Shown piece after piece: positions 48,608 to 59,374 of a DNA stretch of 64,000 bases. Position numbers and translations under genes: made by a program. Under the pieces are notes generated by a model. The model worked only from the letters and a program-made list of their open reading frames with translations, ran no database searches and was not told the DNA's origin. This DNA comes from Candidatus Woesearchaeota archaeon. Its GTDB lineage: Archaea > Nanobdellota > Nanobdellia > Pacearchaeales > GW2011-AR1. How positions within the stretch are numbered: position 1 is the stretch's first letter; every line of letters starts with the position of its first letter. The stretch covers positions 265,043-329,042 of the forward strand of contig CAZTFL010000001.1 in assembly GCA_964612895.1 (NCBI GenBank), read 5' to 3'.

Positions 48608-51600
48608 GCTTCTGTCTCCGCAAATTTAGCTTCAAATACTACCGTAGAACTCTTTAATCCTGGACCTTCATTTGGCGGCACTTCTAAATGAATATCTATT
48701 TCGGCTGAATCATTATTATCGTGAAAATCAAGAGAATCAATTATAGTAACTCTTCCTGTTATACTCATATTTACCCAATTAAATAATGATGTTAACCATT
48801 TGAATGCTCCTTCTTCTCCTGTTCTATTATCTATTTTTGTTTTATAGTATTTTGATTCTGTTTGTTGACTTGTCCATATTGGTGTAGCATTTGTACTAAT
48901 GTTTATTTTTACATTTCCGTCATTTTGTATTACAAATGGTTGTGGATTTCCTGTTGATGTGTTTTTGCTTCCTAAGTATTCTATTGAACCAAAATTTATT
49001 TCACTATTTGTTAAACTTACTACAACATATGCATTTAACCTAAATGTGTTATAATTTGTCCATGGACCATATGTTTCTCCATCGTGCGCTCTAACTCTCC
49101 ATGTATAATAATATCCGTAATCTCCTAAACATTTCAAATCTTGAGTTGGTGTCCATTCATTATTATTTAAATTATTTCTTGATATATCGTCGTTACATAT
49201 TGCTGTTCCTGCACTTTTATGTTCCTCGATTTGTAATTCGTATGTTAGTGTATCTCCATCTAAATCTGTTCCTGTCCAATTAAATTCTGGTGTTCTGTTT
49301 GTTATATCTGAATTATTTGATGGTGAATTTAGGACGACTGTTGGTAAGTTATTTTTCAAACTAATTATATTTGATTCTAAACTCATTCCGTCTTCTACTA
49401 AATCATTTGGTGTTACTACAACTGACCAGTTTTCTAAGTCTACAGTTTCATAAGAAGATAAATTTTGCATCGAGTGATTATTTAATCCTGCAGTATATAT
49501 CATTTTAATTTGTTCTTCTGATAAGGAACGGTTGAAAATTAAAACTTCGTCGATTAGACCATCCCAAGGATAAGAGCCCCCTCCTGAATGTATTCCTATT
49601 TGAAAATTTTGATTAAATGTATATGATGTATAACTTTTTTGCATACTAAATGTTCCATTTACATATAATTTTGCCATTGTTCCATTCATAACTAAAGTTA
49701 TATGTGTCCAATTTGTTGTTGCGGATGTAACTGGAGAAGATCCCCAACCACTGTTCTGTATTCCCATATCCCAATATCCATTATAATGAGATAGATACAT
49801 TCTAGCATTTGCGTCAGGAGATTGTCCTAAAGACATAAACATTTTCGCTACACTTGGATTATCAGATTTCACCCACATAGAAAATGTTATTGGTTGAGTT
49901 GATGGATTCTTTCCAGCTCCATAAGGAATGTTAATATAATCATCTGTGCCGTCAAAATTATATGCTCCACCAACTTTTCCGTTAGTTGTCCATGTTGCTC
50001 CATAAACTGTTCCGTTATTCCCGTTTTTTGAATAATCTTTTGTCCACGATGATGTGCTGCCTCCTTCAAATGGCATATTTAAAACTGCTATACTATTATT
50101 GTTTACTCTCCAGTCTGTAATGTTGTAAACTGTGTCTTCTGGATCTGAATCGTGAGATTGTATTACTACAGACATATTTTCTGATGTTCTTATTCGTCCG
50201 TTTGTTGTATTTAATACGACTGAATCAACTACTGGTAAAATATTTACTCTTGACCATACTCTAGTTTCTGTTGAATTACAATTATTCGCCATATCACACG
50301 CTTTAGATGAATACCAGTGTTCTCCACGAGATAAATTCGTTATATTCATTGATAGTGACCAATCTGATTCTGAGAGTTTTTGTAAATTTGATTCGTATAA
50401 TAATTTAATTTCTGCGTCAGTTAAAGAACGATTGTATACACGAACTTCGTCCATGTGTCCGTTTAGATAATTTGCAATACTTCCACTTGCTCCAATTATT
50501 AAATCTTTATTATTATTCCAACTACTTGTTGATAGTGCACTTCCTCCTATCAAAATCCCGTCTACGTATAAATATCTTACATTGTTTCTAACAACTCCTA
50601 CTAGATGATGCCATTGATTAATGTCTGATGCCACTCTTGTTGCGTATGGAGAATTTGCTCCGTTCCAAGAGATAAACATAAAACCATTTTCTTCAAATCC
50701 GTATGCTAATCCTGCTCCTTTTAGCGTGCTGTCTCCTTTGTGTATTATTCCGTAACTTCCAACTGATTTTAGTTTTACCCAAGCAGAAACTGTAAAATTA
50801 TCTGATAAATCTAATGTTGGATTGTCGTAAACTCTAATATAATCATTTCCGTCGAAACTCATTCCTTTATTATGTTTCCCTGACTCATTATAGACTGCGC
50901 CTACGACTACTCCGTTATTTCCTGTTCCTGAAATATCTCTGACGAATGTATTATTTTCTTCTAAGCTTGTTAAGTTTTGGAAGTTCATAGCGAGAACTAA
51001 TCCGTTTCCTAAAGAACTGAAATTTGTATTATCTAATGTAAAATTTAAATCTCTCAAACTGTAATCTATTACTTCTACTTTTATATTCGTATAAGAATTT
51101 GGCGTTTGTGTTTCGTTTGTTGGTGTTGGTGATACGAATCTTATTTGTGGGGATCCACTATCTATATAAAATGGTCCTAATCTTGTAACATTTCCGGCAT
51201 TTCCGGCGCCATCCAATGCTTTAATATGGAAATAATTAACTCCTTCATTTAATGAACAGGTAAAATTTGTTTGTGTTGTATTTATAATATTATTTGGAAG
51301 TGATCTTTCCCAATCATCACATATAACTGAATACCCAGCAACACCTGTTGTTATTGATTGGTTTTTTATTTCGTATATTTTTACTGAATTTATTGTAATA
51401 TCTTTTGCAGAGCTTGAAGCAAAATCATCTAATAATATTTTTCTTAAGCCTTCTGTTGTTGGTGTGTAGGTAAATTCGTAAACTCCTGTTGCTGTAAAAT
51501 TTGGCGCTGTATTTTGCCAGGCTAACATTCCTGCATTAATTGTTAAGTTTAAGATTACTCTATATGGTTTATTTAGTTCCATTATATTTGTTGTTGAAAG

Positions 51601-54600
51601 CATATATGTATCAGAACCGCCTGCGCCATAGTATATTCTTGGTTTATTGTTTGCTCCAACTTCCCACTGTCCTGCGTTTGCTGTCCATCCCGACCATTTC
51701 GACGACATAGGATTTGTTGCTGTGTAATTTGAAAAATCTCCGTTATAAACTAAATTATCTTCATTTCCTTCTTTATCTTGAGTTCTAACATAGTAAAAAT
51801 AATCATCTCCTGTGTCTGTTGAGGCTGTCCAGTTAAAAATTGCTGAATTAAATGTGTAGAAACCGCCAACTGAAACGTTCGGAGATGATAAACTTGAAAC
51901 GTTTGAAGGAGATTTAATGTCTGAAGATGTGAATTCTAAATAATTTGATTTTGAGATATTTTCTCCGTTAACTGTTAATTTTAAATTATCAATTATCGTT
52001 GTGTATGTAGAATCTTGAGCATAATTTACTCCCATACTAAATTTTACAAACTTTGTACCATGCCAGAATTTATTATTATTAGTACTGTATAATGCTTCTC
52101 CTTTTATTGTACCACTTTTTTGCGTCCAAGAAAATGGAATTAAACTTCCAGAACTTGCTGTGTAAATATCTCCACCACTTGTGTGCATTCTTATTTTTGT
52201 TCCGGCAGAATATGTTTTTCCGACTGTAGTTCCGAATTCAATTTCACAATAATCTCCCATATTTTGAACTCTTGTAATATTTCCATTTCCTAAATCTCTA
52301 TTAGGTAAATCTGCATAGTTTCCTGAATCGTCTACGTTAAACGCTATACGACCATGATTTAATACATACCAATTGGTACAATTTTTTATTTTTACTATTT
52401 TATCTGTTGATTTTATATCTTCATATAATTCAGTATGTGTTCCACCCACAGTATTAACATTCGCAGCACCTATACTTTGTTTGTTTTGATCATAACCAAC
52501 AAATCCGAAATATAATCTACTTTGTCCACCTGTTCCATTTGATTTAAACATTCCGGACAATATATATTCAGAAGTATTATCCACTGGAATTAAATCTGTT
52601 GTATAAAGCCATTTATTTCCTATTTCATAAAATGCGTAATTTCCTTGATAAGAATCTGTAGTTACTCCGTCAAATCCGAAATTTGTTAGAGTTCCAAGTT
52701 CTGCATCTCCATTTATTATTGGTAAGTTTACGTCCAAATATTGTCCTGTTTGTGTTTCTGAACGATAAAGTTTATGTTTAATTAATCCGGATTGCATATC
52801 GTTTATAATTTCTTTTTGTGTAAGAGAACGATTGTATACACGAAGTTCGTCTAATTTTCCTTTAAACCATTGTCTTTGATTCCATGCACCTATTTGTGAA
52901 TATATTGGAATTGTTCTTAAAACACTAGAAGTATTTACTAAAACTCCATCTAAATACAATGTTTGTCTTGTAGAATTTTGAACTAATGAAAAATGATGCC
53001 AATTATTAAGAGTATAATAAGCACTTGCTCCTCCAGAATACATTACTAATCTACTTGTGCCACTCCAAATACTTTCAAATTCAAAACCTGAAGAAGGAGG
53101 CCTACTTCCTAATATAGTTCCCCATGATCCAGAAACATCAGTTCTATAAAACCAACCCGATAATGTATAAACAGATAGAGCTGTTGAAAGAGTTATATTA
53201 ATATAATCATCTGTTCCGTCGAAACTTAAAGCTCCACCATTACCTTCTTTTCCAGATGTCCAAGTTGGATTTCCATTCATTATTCCGTGATATTCATTCC
53301 CGCTCCAATCGTATGCTATTGTTCCGTTTCCTTCTTCAAATGGCATGTATAAAACTAATCCGTTGTCTTGTGCGTCTATTTTAACGTCTATTTTGTTTGT
53401 AGATGAATTTGCTATTGGTATTAACAATGGATTGATTGGTTTTGTTCTGTCGGCTGTTATGTTGTATGCAGTATTACTATAACCTGAATATGTTCCTCCT
53501 ATGAAACTTCTTATTTTATAAAAATATATTGAATTATCTAATAAGTTATCGTCTAAATATATTTCTGTGTTTTCTGATGTCGTGTTTATTTCATTGAATG
53601 TTGAATTGTCCGGACTTCTTTCTATAGAGAAACCGTCTTCTCCACTTGAACTATCTACCCAAGTTAAATTTAGAGCTCCTTTTCCGGAATTTAATACTTT
53701 ATCATTAATTACACTAACGTTTAAGCTGGATGGGGACATATCTATTGTCAGATTTCTTGTAGATGAGTTTGTATTTCCCGCTAAATCTTGAGAGTAAATT
53801 GTATAATTATAAAATCCGTTTCCGATATCTTGAAAATTGTTCCCGTATTGATTTGATTGCGCGTTATAAATTGATTTTATTTCTGAGTCGGATAAAGCAC
53901 GATTAAAAATCATAACGTCGTCAAGAGAGCCGTTGAGCCAATAATTTCCTCCGCCTAACCTTGCAGTTGCTATTGTTTGAGGAACATAATTTAAATTCCA
54001 AGTTCCAGTATTGTCTAAGACTCCATCTACATATATTTTTGTATTAGATGAAGGTTTTGTCCCATCAAATGTTACTGTAATATGATACCATTGCTTTGCG
54101 TTCCAGGTATTTTTTATACTATTTAACGTATAGTAAGTTCCTGCATTATCTTTAATTTCCCAATATAACTTATTAACACCTTTCTGGAAAGATAAAAAAT
54201 ATGCTCTTTGTGTATCAACATCCCTTTTCCCAATTAATTGAGGATATTCACTAACTTGTCCAGATGGAATTTGATTTAAATTTACCCATAAAGATATTGT
54301 TTCTGATGTTGTTGGATTAATAACGCTACTATTTCCTAAATTTATATAATCGTTTCCGCCAAATTCATACGCTAACCCTCTTTTCCCGCCGGTCACACTT
54401 GGACAAGATGCGCCTGAACATGTTCCATTATTTCCATATTTTGATGAATCAATAAATGTTATACCATCTGTTGTTTCTTCTAACTTCCACCATCCAACTA
54501 GTGAATTATTGAAATCTAAGAATGCTGAATGTTCTCCTGCGGCGTCGGACGATGTTGCGTTTATTGTAAAATAAGAATTTTGTAGCGTAGAATTACTTGC

Positions 54601-55137
54601 TGGTGTACTTCCACTAAAATATACGTTTGGTGTTACATTGTCTACATTAAAACTTACTGTGTCTTTTCCTATGTTGTTTGCCGAATCGTTACAATAAACG
54701 GCCCAGTTGTTTTTTCCTATTACGGTTTTTGAATATATATTTGTCCAGTTTGTTCCAGCGACAAGGGCTGTTGAGTTTGTTATTCCATTATCTTTACTAT
54801 ACCAACAATAAAGCGCTGTGGCATCTACTGTATAGTTCAAATTTCCTATGAGACTATAATATAAATTATCTCGAACTGGATAAGTTATCTGAACATTTGA
54901 GGATGTTGTATCTATTCCATAAAATAATCCTACAAAATTGTTAAAATTTAAAGATGAAATAACTCCTGATAAAATTCCTAAGGCTGTTTTTGATAAAAAA
55001 TTTGATGAGTTTGTTTGTGTTCCACCTGAAGAGACGACCGCAGCGTCTATATTATAGTTTGTACTATTAATTCCTGCACAAACAAACCCTATCCCAAATA
55101 GAAAAATAAAAATTCCTAGAACTAATTTATTTTCCAT
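48604..55137 (-). CDS. Giant secreted surface protein (2177 aa) with multiple LamG/ConA-like jelly-roll and Ig/FN3-like domains
   Basis: N-terminal signal VLGIFIFLFGIGFVCAG. There are at least four LamG terminal motifs: DDVMIFNRALSDSEIKSIY, DELRVYNRSLTQKEI, DEVRVYNRSLTDAEIKLLYE and DEVLIFNRSLSEEQIKMIY. Confidence 0.7.
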   Translation of the reverse strand: MENKLVLGIFIFLFGIGFVCAGINSTNYNIDAAVVSSGGTQTNSSNFLSKTALGILSGVISSLNFNNFVGLFYGIDTTSSNVQITYPVRDNLYYSLIGNLNYTVDATALYCWYSKDNGITNSTALVAGTNWTNIYSKTVIGKNNWAVYCNDSANNIGKDTVSFNVDNVTPNVYFSGSTPASNSTLQNSYFTINATSSDAAGEHSAFLDFNNSLVGWWKLEETTDGITFIDSSKYGNNGTCSGASCPSVTGGKRGLAYEFGGNDYINLGNSSVINPTTSETISLWVNLNQIPSGQVSEYPQLIGKRDVDTQRAYFLSFQKGVNKLYWEIKDNAGTYYTLNSIKNTWNAKQWYHITVTFDGTKPSSNTKIYVDGVLDNTGTWNLNYVPQTIATARLGGGNYWLNGSLDDVMIFNRALSDSEIKSIYNAQSNQYGNNFQDIGNGFYNYTIYSQDLAGNTNSSTRNLTIDMSPSSLNVSVINDKVLNSGKGALNLTWVDSSSGEDGFSIERSPDNSTFNEINTTSENTEIYLDDNLLDNSIYFYKIRSFIGGTYSGYSNTAYNITADRTKPINPLLIPIANSSTNKIDVKIDAQDNGLVLYMPFEEGNGTIAYDWSGNEYHGIMNGNPTWTSGKEGNGGALSFDGTDDYINITLSTALSVYTLSGWFYRTDVSGSWGTILGSRPPSSGFEFESIWSGTSRLVMYSGGASAYYTLNNWHHFSLVQNSTRQTLYLDGVLVNTSSVLRTIPIYSQIGAWNQRQWFKGKLDELRVYNRSLTQKEIINDMQSGLIKHKLYRSETQTGQYLDVNLPIINGDAELGTLTNFGFDGVTTDSYQGNYAFYEIGNKWLYTTDLIPVDNTSEYILSGMFKSNGTGGQSRLYFGFVGYDQNKQSIGAANVNTVGGTHTELYEDIKSTDKIVKIKNCTNWYVLNHGRIAFNVDDSGNYADLPNRDLGNGNITRVQNMGDYCEIEFGTTVGKTYSAGTKIRMHTSGGDIYTASSGSLIPFSWTQKSGTIKGEALYSTNNNKFWHGTKFVKFSMGVNYAQDSTYTTIIDNLKLTVNGENISKSNYLEFTSSDIKSPSNVSSLSSPNVSVGGFYTFNSAIFNWTASTDTGDDYFYYVRTQDKEGNEDNLVYNGDFSNYTATNPMSSKWSGWTANAGQWEVGANNKPRIYYGAGGSDTYMLSTTNIMELNKPYRVILNLTINAGMLAWQNTAPNFTATGVYEFTYTPTTEGLRKILLDDFASSSAKDITINSVKIYEIKNQSITTGVAGYSVICDDWERSLPNNIINTTQTNFTCSLNEGVNYFHIKALDGAGNAGNVTRLGPFYIDSGSPQIRFVSPTPTNETQTPNSYTNIKVEVIDYSLRDLNFTLDNTNFSSLGNGLVLAMNFQNLTSLEENNTFVRDISGTGNNGVVVGAVYNESGKHNKGMSFDGNDYIRVYDNPTLDLSDNFTVSAWVKLKSVGSYGIIHKGDSTLKGAGLAYGFEENGFMFISWNGANSPYATRVASDINQWHHLVGVVRNNVRYLYVDGILIGGSALSTSSWNNNKDLIIGASGSIANYLNGHMDEVRVYNRSLTDAEIKLLYESNLQKLSESDWSLSMNITNLSRGEHWYSSKACDMANNCNSTETRVWSRVNILPVVDSVVLNTTNGRIRTSENMSVVIQSHDSDPEDTVYNITDWRVNNNSIAVLNMPFEGGSTSSWTKDYSKNGNNGTVYGATWTTNGKVGGAYNFDGTDDYINIPYGAGKNPSTQPITFSMWVKSDNPSVAKMFMSLGQSPDANARMYLSHYNGYWDMGIQNSGWGSSPVTSATTNWTHITLVMNGTMAKLYVNGTFSMQKSYTSYTFNQNFQIGIHSGGGSYPWDGLIDEVLIFNRSLSEEQIKMIYTAGLNNHSMQNLSSYETVDLENWSVVVTPNDLVEDGMSLESNIISLKNNLPTVVLNSPSNNSDITNRTPEFNWTGTDLDGDTLTYELQIEEHKSAGTAICNDDISRNNLNNNEWTPTQDLKCLGDYGYYYTWRVRAHDGETYGPWTNYNTFRLNAYVVVSLTNSEINFGSIEYLGSKNTSTGNPQPFVIQNDGNVKINISTNATPIWTSQQTESKYYKTKIDNRTGEEGAFKWLTSLFNWVNMSITGRVTIIDSLDFHDNNDSAEIDIHLEVPPNEGPGLKSSTVVFEAKFAETEA

Positions 55138-55145
55138 AAAACTAA

Positions 55146-55397
55146 TTATTTAGACACATTTAGACATTCGATTGCAACTATTGTTAGAGTTTGATTTCCA
55201 CTCATTAACGGAACTGATTGACAACTGCCAGTCTGTTGCATTATCTGAGAGATTGCGTACTCATAACCTGCTTGATAGACTTGAACTTGTTCGTTATATC
55301 TAGCGGTTGTGTAAAAGCCATACCCTATATATCCTAAAGCAACAATCAACAAAACTCCTAAAATAATCGCAACAATCAAAGAAATATTTTTTTTCAT
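55146..55397 (-). CDS. Small pilin-like/anchor protein heading the surface operon
   Basis: 83 aa. KKNISLIVAIILGVLLIVALG is a single N-terminal hydrophobic helix after a basic stretch. There are two Cys in the C-terminal half. Confidence 0.4.
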   Translation of the reverse strand: MKKNISLIVAIILGVLLIVALGYIGYGFYTTARYNEQVQVYQAGYEYAISQIMQQTGSCQSVPLMSGNQTLTIVAIECLNVSK

Positions 55398-55494
55398 TTT
55401 ATAAACCTCCTTTTGATTTTTACCATCGTAATATTAAAAAAATCTAAGTTTATAAAAGCAACGGATTTTAGAAAAATACTGAAAAATTATTCTA

Positions 55495-56250
55495 TTAGAA
55501 ATGTTTTAAGATATTATTGAAATATTCAAAATCTCTTTTACTAACTTGTCCTAAAATTTTTAAATCAGGAGAAATAATCTTTCCTTCATCATTTATTGTC
55601 GCTGGATTTGTAGGTTCTGAAAATCGAACAAATTTCAAATTATCTAAAATTAAATCATATGTTCCTCCAAAATCTTGAGAGAAGTTATTTATGTCCATTT
55701 TTTGTGTTCTATATCCTATAGAAAACATTTTATCATTTGCTAGATTTATAATAGATCCTGCTTCTGCTTTTAATATTTCTAAAAAAATAGACGGATATTC
55801 ATCCTCTTTTGTGATTTCTCTTTTCACAAATTCAACAATATTATTATCTAATACAAAATACCAGACAAATTCTTTTCTATTAGTATTTGGATTTTTCTGA
55901 ATATCAGAATATGTTTCTATATTTTCTAATTTTGAATACATCGCAAAATTAGGATCTTCTAATTTTCTTGTTATTGATTTAGAACTTATTCCATATTTTT
56001 GGTTTAATAGTTCATATTCTTCATTAGATAAATCTTCATGAAAATGAGCTTGTTTTAGTTTTTGTTCTAATTTGCTTTGATATTTAGATGTTGTTTCTTT
56101 TTGTTGTTCTGCCACAATTGAAGTTCCTGAATAATTTTCTGTTGGTTGAACTTCTCTTGAACAAGAACTAAATAATAAAGGAATAGACAAAAGCCCAGCT
56201 GCTAATATATTTTTTAATGAGTATTTGTGATTTTTATAACCACTTTCCAT
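55495..56250 (-). CDS. Putative lipoprotein
   Basis: Signal peptide ends LLFSSCS (lipobox-like). 251 aa. Confidence 0.4.
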   Translation of the reverse strand: MESGYKNHKYSLKNILAAGLLSIPLLFSSCSREVQPTENYSGTSIVAEQQKETTSKYQSKLEQKLKQAHFHEDLSNEEYELLNQKYGISSKSITRKLEDPNFAMYSKLENIETYSDIQKNPNTNRKEFVWYFVLDNNIVEFVKREITKEDEYPSIFLEILKAEAGSIINLANDKMFSIGYRTQKMDINNFSQDFGGTYDLILDNLKFVRFSEPTNPATINDEGKIISPDLKILGQVSKRDFEYFNNILKHF

Positions 56251-56287
56251 GAATATCTATATAATTACTACTATATAAATGTAACTT

Positions 56288-57262
56288 TTATAATATAAAA
56301 TAATGCCCATATGAAAATTTCAGATCATAATTTAAACCCTTTAATCCTATTTTTATTTGTTCAATATTGGAACATCCTATTTTGGTATTTCCATATAAAT
56401 TAATTATATTCACGGCTATTTGCTCTCCTTTCAAATCAGAATTACATATTTTACTGGCTTTTTCACAGTTAGGTTCTGTACATTCGCAATATCTTTTTAT
56501 GTTTTCTATTAAACATTTATTCTTAGAATTAATTAAATATTCTGATAATATTTGTGAAAAAGATTCTCCTTCTTCTAATTTTACTTCCGAATAGCCCTTT
56601 GATGCTTCAAGCTCAATACTACCATATGAATAACATGCATCTTGCATTGTTACTAAACTATAACTTCTACCTGTTGGAATCTGTTTATTTATTTTTGTAA
56701 ATGAATCGCTACAAGCTTTTTTCCTTATGTTTGTTGTATTATATTTTGATGCATCTGCTATTTCTGATTTAATTTCTTTTATTCGAAGATTAGTCTCGTC
56801 AAAACTGATATCGAATGAAGAACCTAAATCAAGTGGAGCTGATGTAAAATCTTTTATTGGATATTTTAAATCTTTACAATATTTTATATTACAGGTTATA
56901 GAATTCTCATCGTCTTCATATACTGGACATACACAAATTGTGTTTTTTGGAGATTTTTTTAAAAAGAAATTATATAAGTCAAAACTCTCGCAATCTTGAT
57001 AATTAGTTTCAAAATATACTAAAAAATATCTTGTAGGTGAATAATCCCTATATACCAAATAGTTATCTTTTCCATTTTTTTCTGCAAGTGATATTGATTC
57101 TTCTAAATATTCAAAGAAACCTTTTGCAATTTCGTCTTCTTTATTGTATTTTCCTATGAGACTTACTAATAATATTATTAGAATAAAAACACTTGCTGCG
57201 GCAAGAATAATTTCAGGCATACTTTCAGAAAGTAAAGTTGAACCTCTTTTGTTTGATTTCAT
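56288..57262 (-). CDS. Cys-rich exported protein with class-III-like N-terminal signal
   Basis: The N-terminus NKRGSTLLSESMPEIILAAASVFILIILLV has KRG followed by a small residue and a hydrophobic helix. There are more than 15 Cys in the mature part. Confidence 0.4.
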   Translation of the reverse strand: MKSNKRGSTLLSESMPEIILAAASVFILIILLVSLIGKYNKEDEIAKGFFEYLEESISLAEKNGKDNYLVYRDYSPTRYFLVYFETNYQDCESFDLYNFFLKKSPKNTICVCPVYEDDENSITCNIKYCKDLKYPIKDFTSAPLDLGSSFDISFDETNLRIKEIKSEIADASKYNTTNIRKKACSDSFTKINKQIPTGRSYSLVTMQDACYSYGSIELEASKGYSEVKLEEGESFSQILSEYLINSKNKCLIENIKRYCECTEPNCEKASKICNSDLKGEQIAVNIINLYGNTKIGCSNIEQIKIGLKGLNYDLKFSYGHYFIL

Positions 57263-57303
57263 GAATTTATAAATCTTATTTAATTAATAAAAGTTATGGG
57301 AAC

Positions 57304-58110
57304 TTATGCCCAACTCTTACTGATTTTTTCTTTCCAAAAAGATGGTAATGGAATGTCAATAAATCCTTGAAACTTATTAGAATATACGTAAGTTAGTCCT
57401 TTTATTTCATTATACTTCTCAAAATCTTCTTGTATTTTTTTATATATTTCTTGAATTATTTTTCTTTCAAAATCTTTTTGTAATAATGAGGATTTTTTTA
57501 ATATCAAAAAATCTGCTTGTCTTAAAATATTAACTTCTAAATTTGAAGAATTTTGTGATACAAATAATATACTTATGTCTTTATGTCTTGCAATCATAAT
57601 TAATTCGCTTAGTAATCTATTAGCGTTTGTCATGGACTTTCTTGAATTAAATAAAATTCCACCTTCATCTATTAAAACAAAAGACTTATTTGTTATTTGA
57701 GCAATATCAGATATCGAATTTATCCATTCTGGTAATTCTTCCTCGTTAAAACCTATTGCAAAAATTTTTTTATTTGATTTTGAATGAATATTTTCTAATA
57801 ACTTCAAACCGAAAGCACTTTTCCCAGAGCCCCTTGAACCTAGAACTATCCCAATCTGACTATCTGATTTTAGTAAATTATTAAACAAATCTAAATATTT
57901 TCCTTTCTCTGATTTAATTATTTTGACTTCTTCATATTTTGATTCAATCAGGATTCTTTTATGTTTTTGATTTATTTTTTTAATTTTTTGTTTAGATTCT
58001 TTAAATAATGAAATGCAAAATTTAATCAATATGAATGGTAATTTAAGTAATAATAAAATTATTTTAAATAAATTATATAAAACATTTTTCTTCTTTTTGT
58101 TCTTTTTCAT
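57304..58110 (-). CDS. Membrane-anchored P-loop NTPase
   Basis: N-terminal TM. Walker A is VLGSRGSGKSAFGLKL. Walker B-like is FVLIDEGG. Confidence 0.5.
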   Translation of the reverse strand: MKKNKKKKNVLYNLFKIILLLLKLPFILIKFCISLFKESKQKIKKINQKHKRILIESKYEEVKIIKSEKGKYLDLFNNLLKSDSQIGIVLGSRGSGKSAFGLKLLENIHSKSNKKIFAIGFNEEELPEWINSISDIAQITNKSFVLIDEGGILFNSRKSMTNANRLLSELIMIARHKDISILFVSQNSSNLEVNILRQADFLILKKSSLLQKDFERKIIQEIYKKIQEDFEKYNEIKGLTYVYSNKFQGFIDIPLPSFWKEKISKSWA

Positions 58111-58134
58111 ATTATATAGAAATAAATCTTGTTT

Positions 58135-59046
58135 TTATTTTCTTGCTTTAACTAAATCTGTGACTAATTTTGACATTTCTCCTAAAAAGGCGTCAGACAT
58201 TACAAAAAGTTCATCTAACATTTTTCCTTCTATACTTGTTTTTACTCCATGAACTATATCTTTAGCTATTGTATGAATGATATCATAATATTTAACATAT
58301 TTTTTATCTAATAATTTGTTTTTTACAAAATTATCTTCTAATACTTTTGAAATATCCTCTGGAGAAGCGGGCATTATATCTGCAGAAATTAAAGCTGCGT
58401 GTGCTGCATCAACCATTCCCCAATAAATACCATCAACTACAGCCAACATTAATCCTTTTGCTCTTGTAAAATGAGTTGGAGCCCTTTCTAATAATGTATA
58501 AATTGATTCTGGGGTTGCCCTAATTTTCCCTTCTTTTAATAATAGCCTTAATGGTGCAAAGAAACCTCCGAAATCTATCAGTGGTTCTCCACTTCTTAAT
58601 ATATTTAATACTATTGGATCACCTCTTAGTAAATCGTTCCACCATGTAGATAACTTAACAGAACTTATGTGTAATGGTTTTTGATATTTATTTTGTTCTA
58701 ATATTATCGCAAGTCTTTTTCTATACCATGCAATTAATTCTTCATCAAATTTTATAGAAATATCATCAATTAATATAATTACATCTATATCTGATTGTTG
58801 AGTAGAATCTTTTTTAACACTTGAACCAAACAAAACTATAGATTTAATCATTGTATCAAATTCTTTATAGATTTTTGTTGCGAAATCCATCGCAATTTCT
58901 TGTTCTGTTGCTAACAACATTGTGTTTTTAACTGTCTGAATTCTTTTCATTAGTTGACTCTTATTCTTTGGTGGAATAGAATAATCTTCTTTTTTATTAT
59001 TTTTAGAACTATTATTAGATTTTTTTGCCATAATCACTCTCTTCAT
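58135..59046 (-). CDS. Polbeta-superfamily nucleotidyltransferase with C-terminal helical (possibly HEPN-like) domain
   Basis: LFGSSVKKDSTQQSDIDVIILID matches the minimal NTase signature GS-x(n)-DxD. The C-terminal ~150 aa is helical and includes ERAPTHFTRAKG. Confidence 0.55.
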   Translation of the reverse strand: MKRVIMAKKSNNSSKNNKKEDYSIPPKNKSQLMKRIQTVKNTMLLATEQEIAMDFATKIYKEFDTMIKSIVLFGSSVKKDSTQQSDIDVIILIDDISIKFDEELIAWYRKRLAIILEQNKYQKPLHISSVKLSTWWNDLLRGDPIVLNILRSGEPLIDFGGFFAPLRLLLKEGKIRATPESIYTLLERAPTHFTRAKGLMLAVVDGIYWGMVDAAHAALISADIMPASPEDISKVLEDNFVKNKLLDKKYVKYYDIIHTIAKDIVHGVKTSIEGKMLDELFVMSDAFLGEMSKLVTDLVKARK

Positions 59047-59175
59047 TAGTTTATAGTAGTCATATTTTATAAATCTTTTTGAAGAGAAAATATTTTAATA
59101 AACATAATAATAATAATGTTTTCAAAAAGTATTAAATTTAATTAACTTTAAATAGTATATATATTAATTTATTAT

Positions 59176-59337
59176 ATGGCATCAACACCACCTGGACCAC
59201 AAAAAATGAAAATAGATTATACTATTGACAGAAAAGTCTATGATTCTTTTGTTAAAACATGTAGCCATAAGGGATTTGCCCCACAGGTTATAGTTGAAAG
59301 ATTAATGGGCAAGTTTGTGGAAAAAGGCCAAGTTTAG
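59176..59337 (+). CDS. Small ribbon-helix-helix (CopG/RHH-type) DNA-binding protein, 53 aa
   Basis: Own translation: MASTPPGPQKMKIDYTIDRKVYDSFVKTCSHKGFAPQVIVERLMGKFVEKGQV. It has a beta-strand then two helices in the RHH pattern. It is below the 60-aa ORF-track cutoff, so it is absent from the track. Confidence 0.4.
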   Translation: MASTPPGPQKMKIDYTIDRKVYDSFVKTCSHKGFAPQVIVERLMGKFVEKGQV

Positions 59338-59374
59338 ATTTTATAATAATTTTATTTTTTTATTTAATATTTTT

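Noticed and set aside
49101-53791. Short ORFs at 49101-49283, 49887-50069 and 53567-53791 inside or antisense to the giant surface-protein gene
   Set aside because: They are embedded in the 2177-aa ORF, which has a continuous domain structure. They have no motifs and are likely frame noise.
59176-59337. Pairing of the RHH ORF with Fic as an operonic toxin-antitoxin module
   Set aside because: The genes are convergent (RHH on the plus strand, Fic on the minus strand), so they cannot be a single operon. The RHH gene is kept as a stand-alone feature with a possible functional link only.
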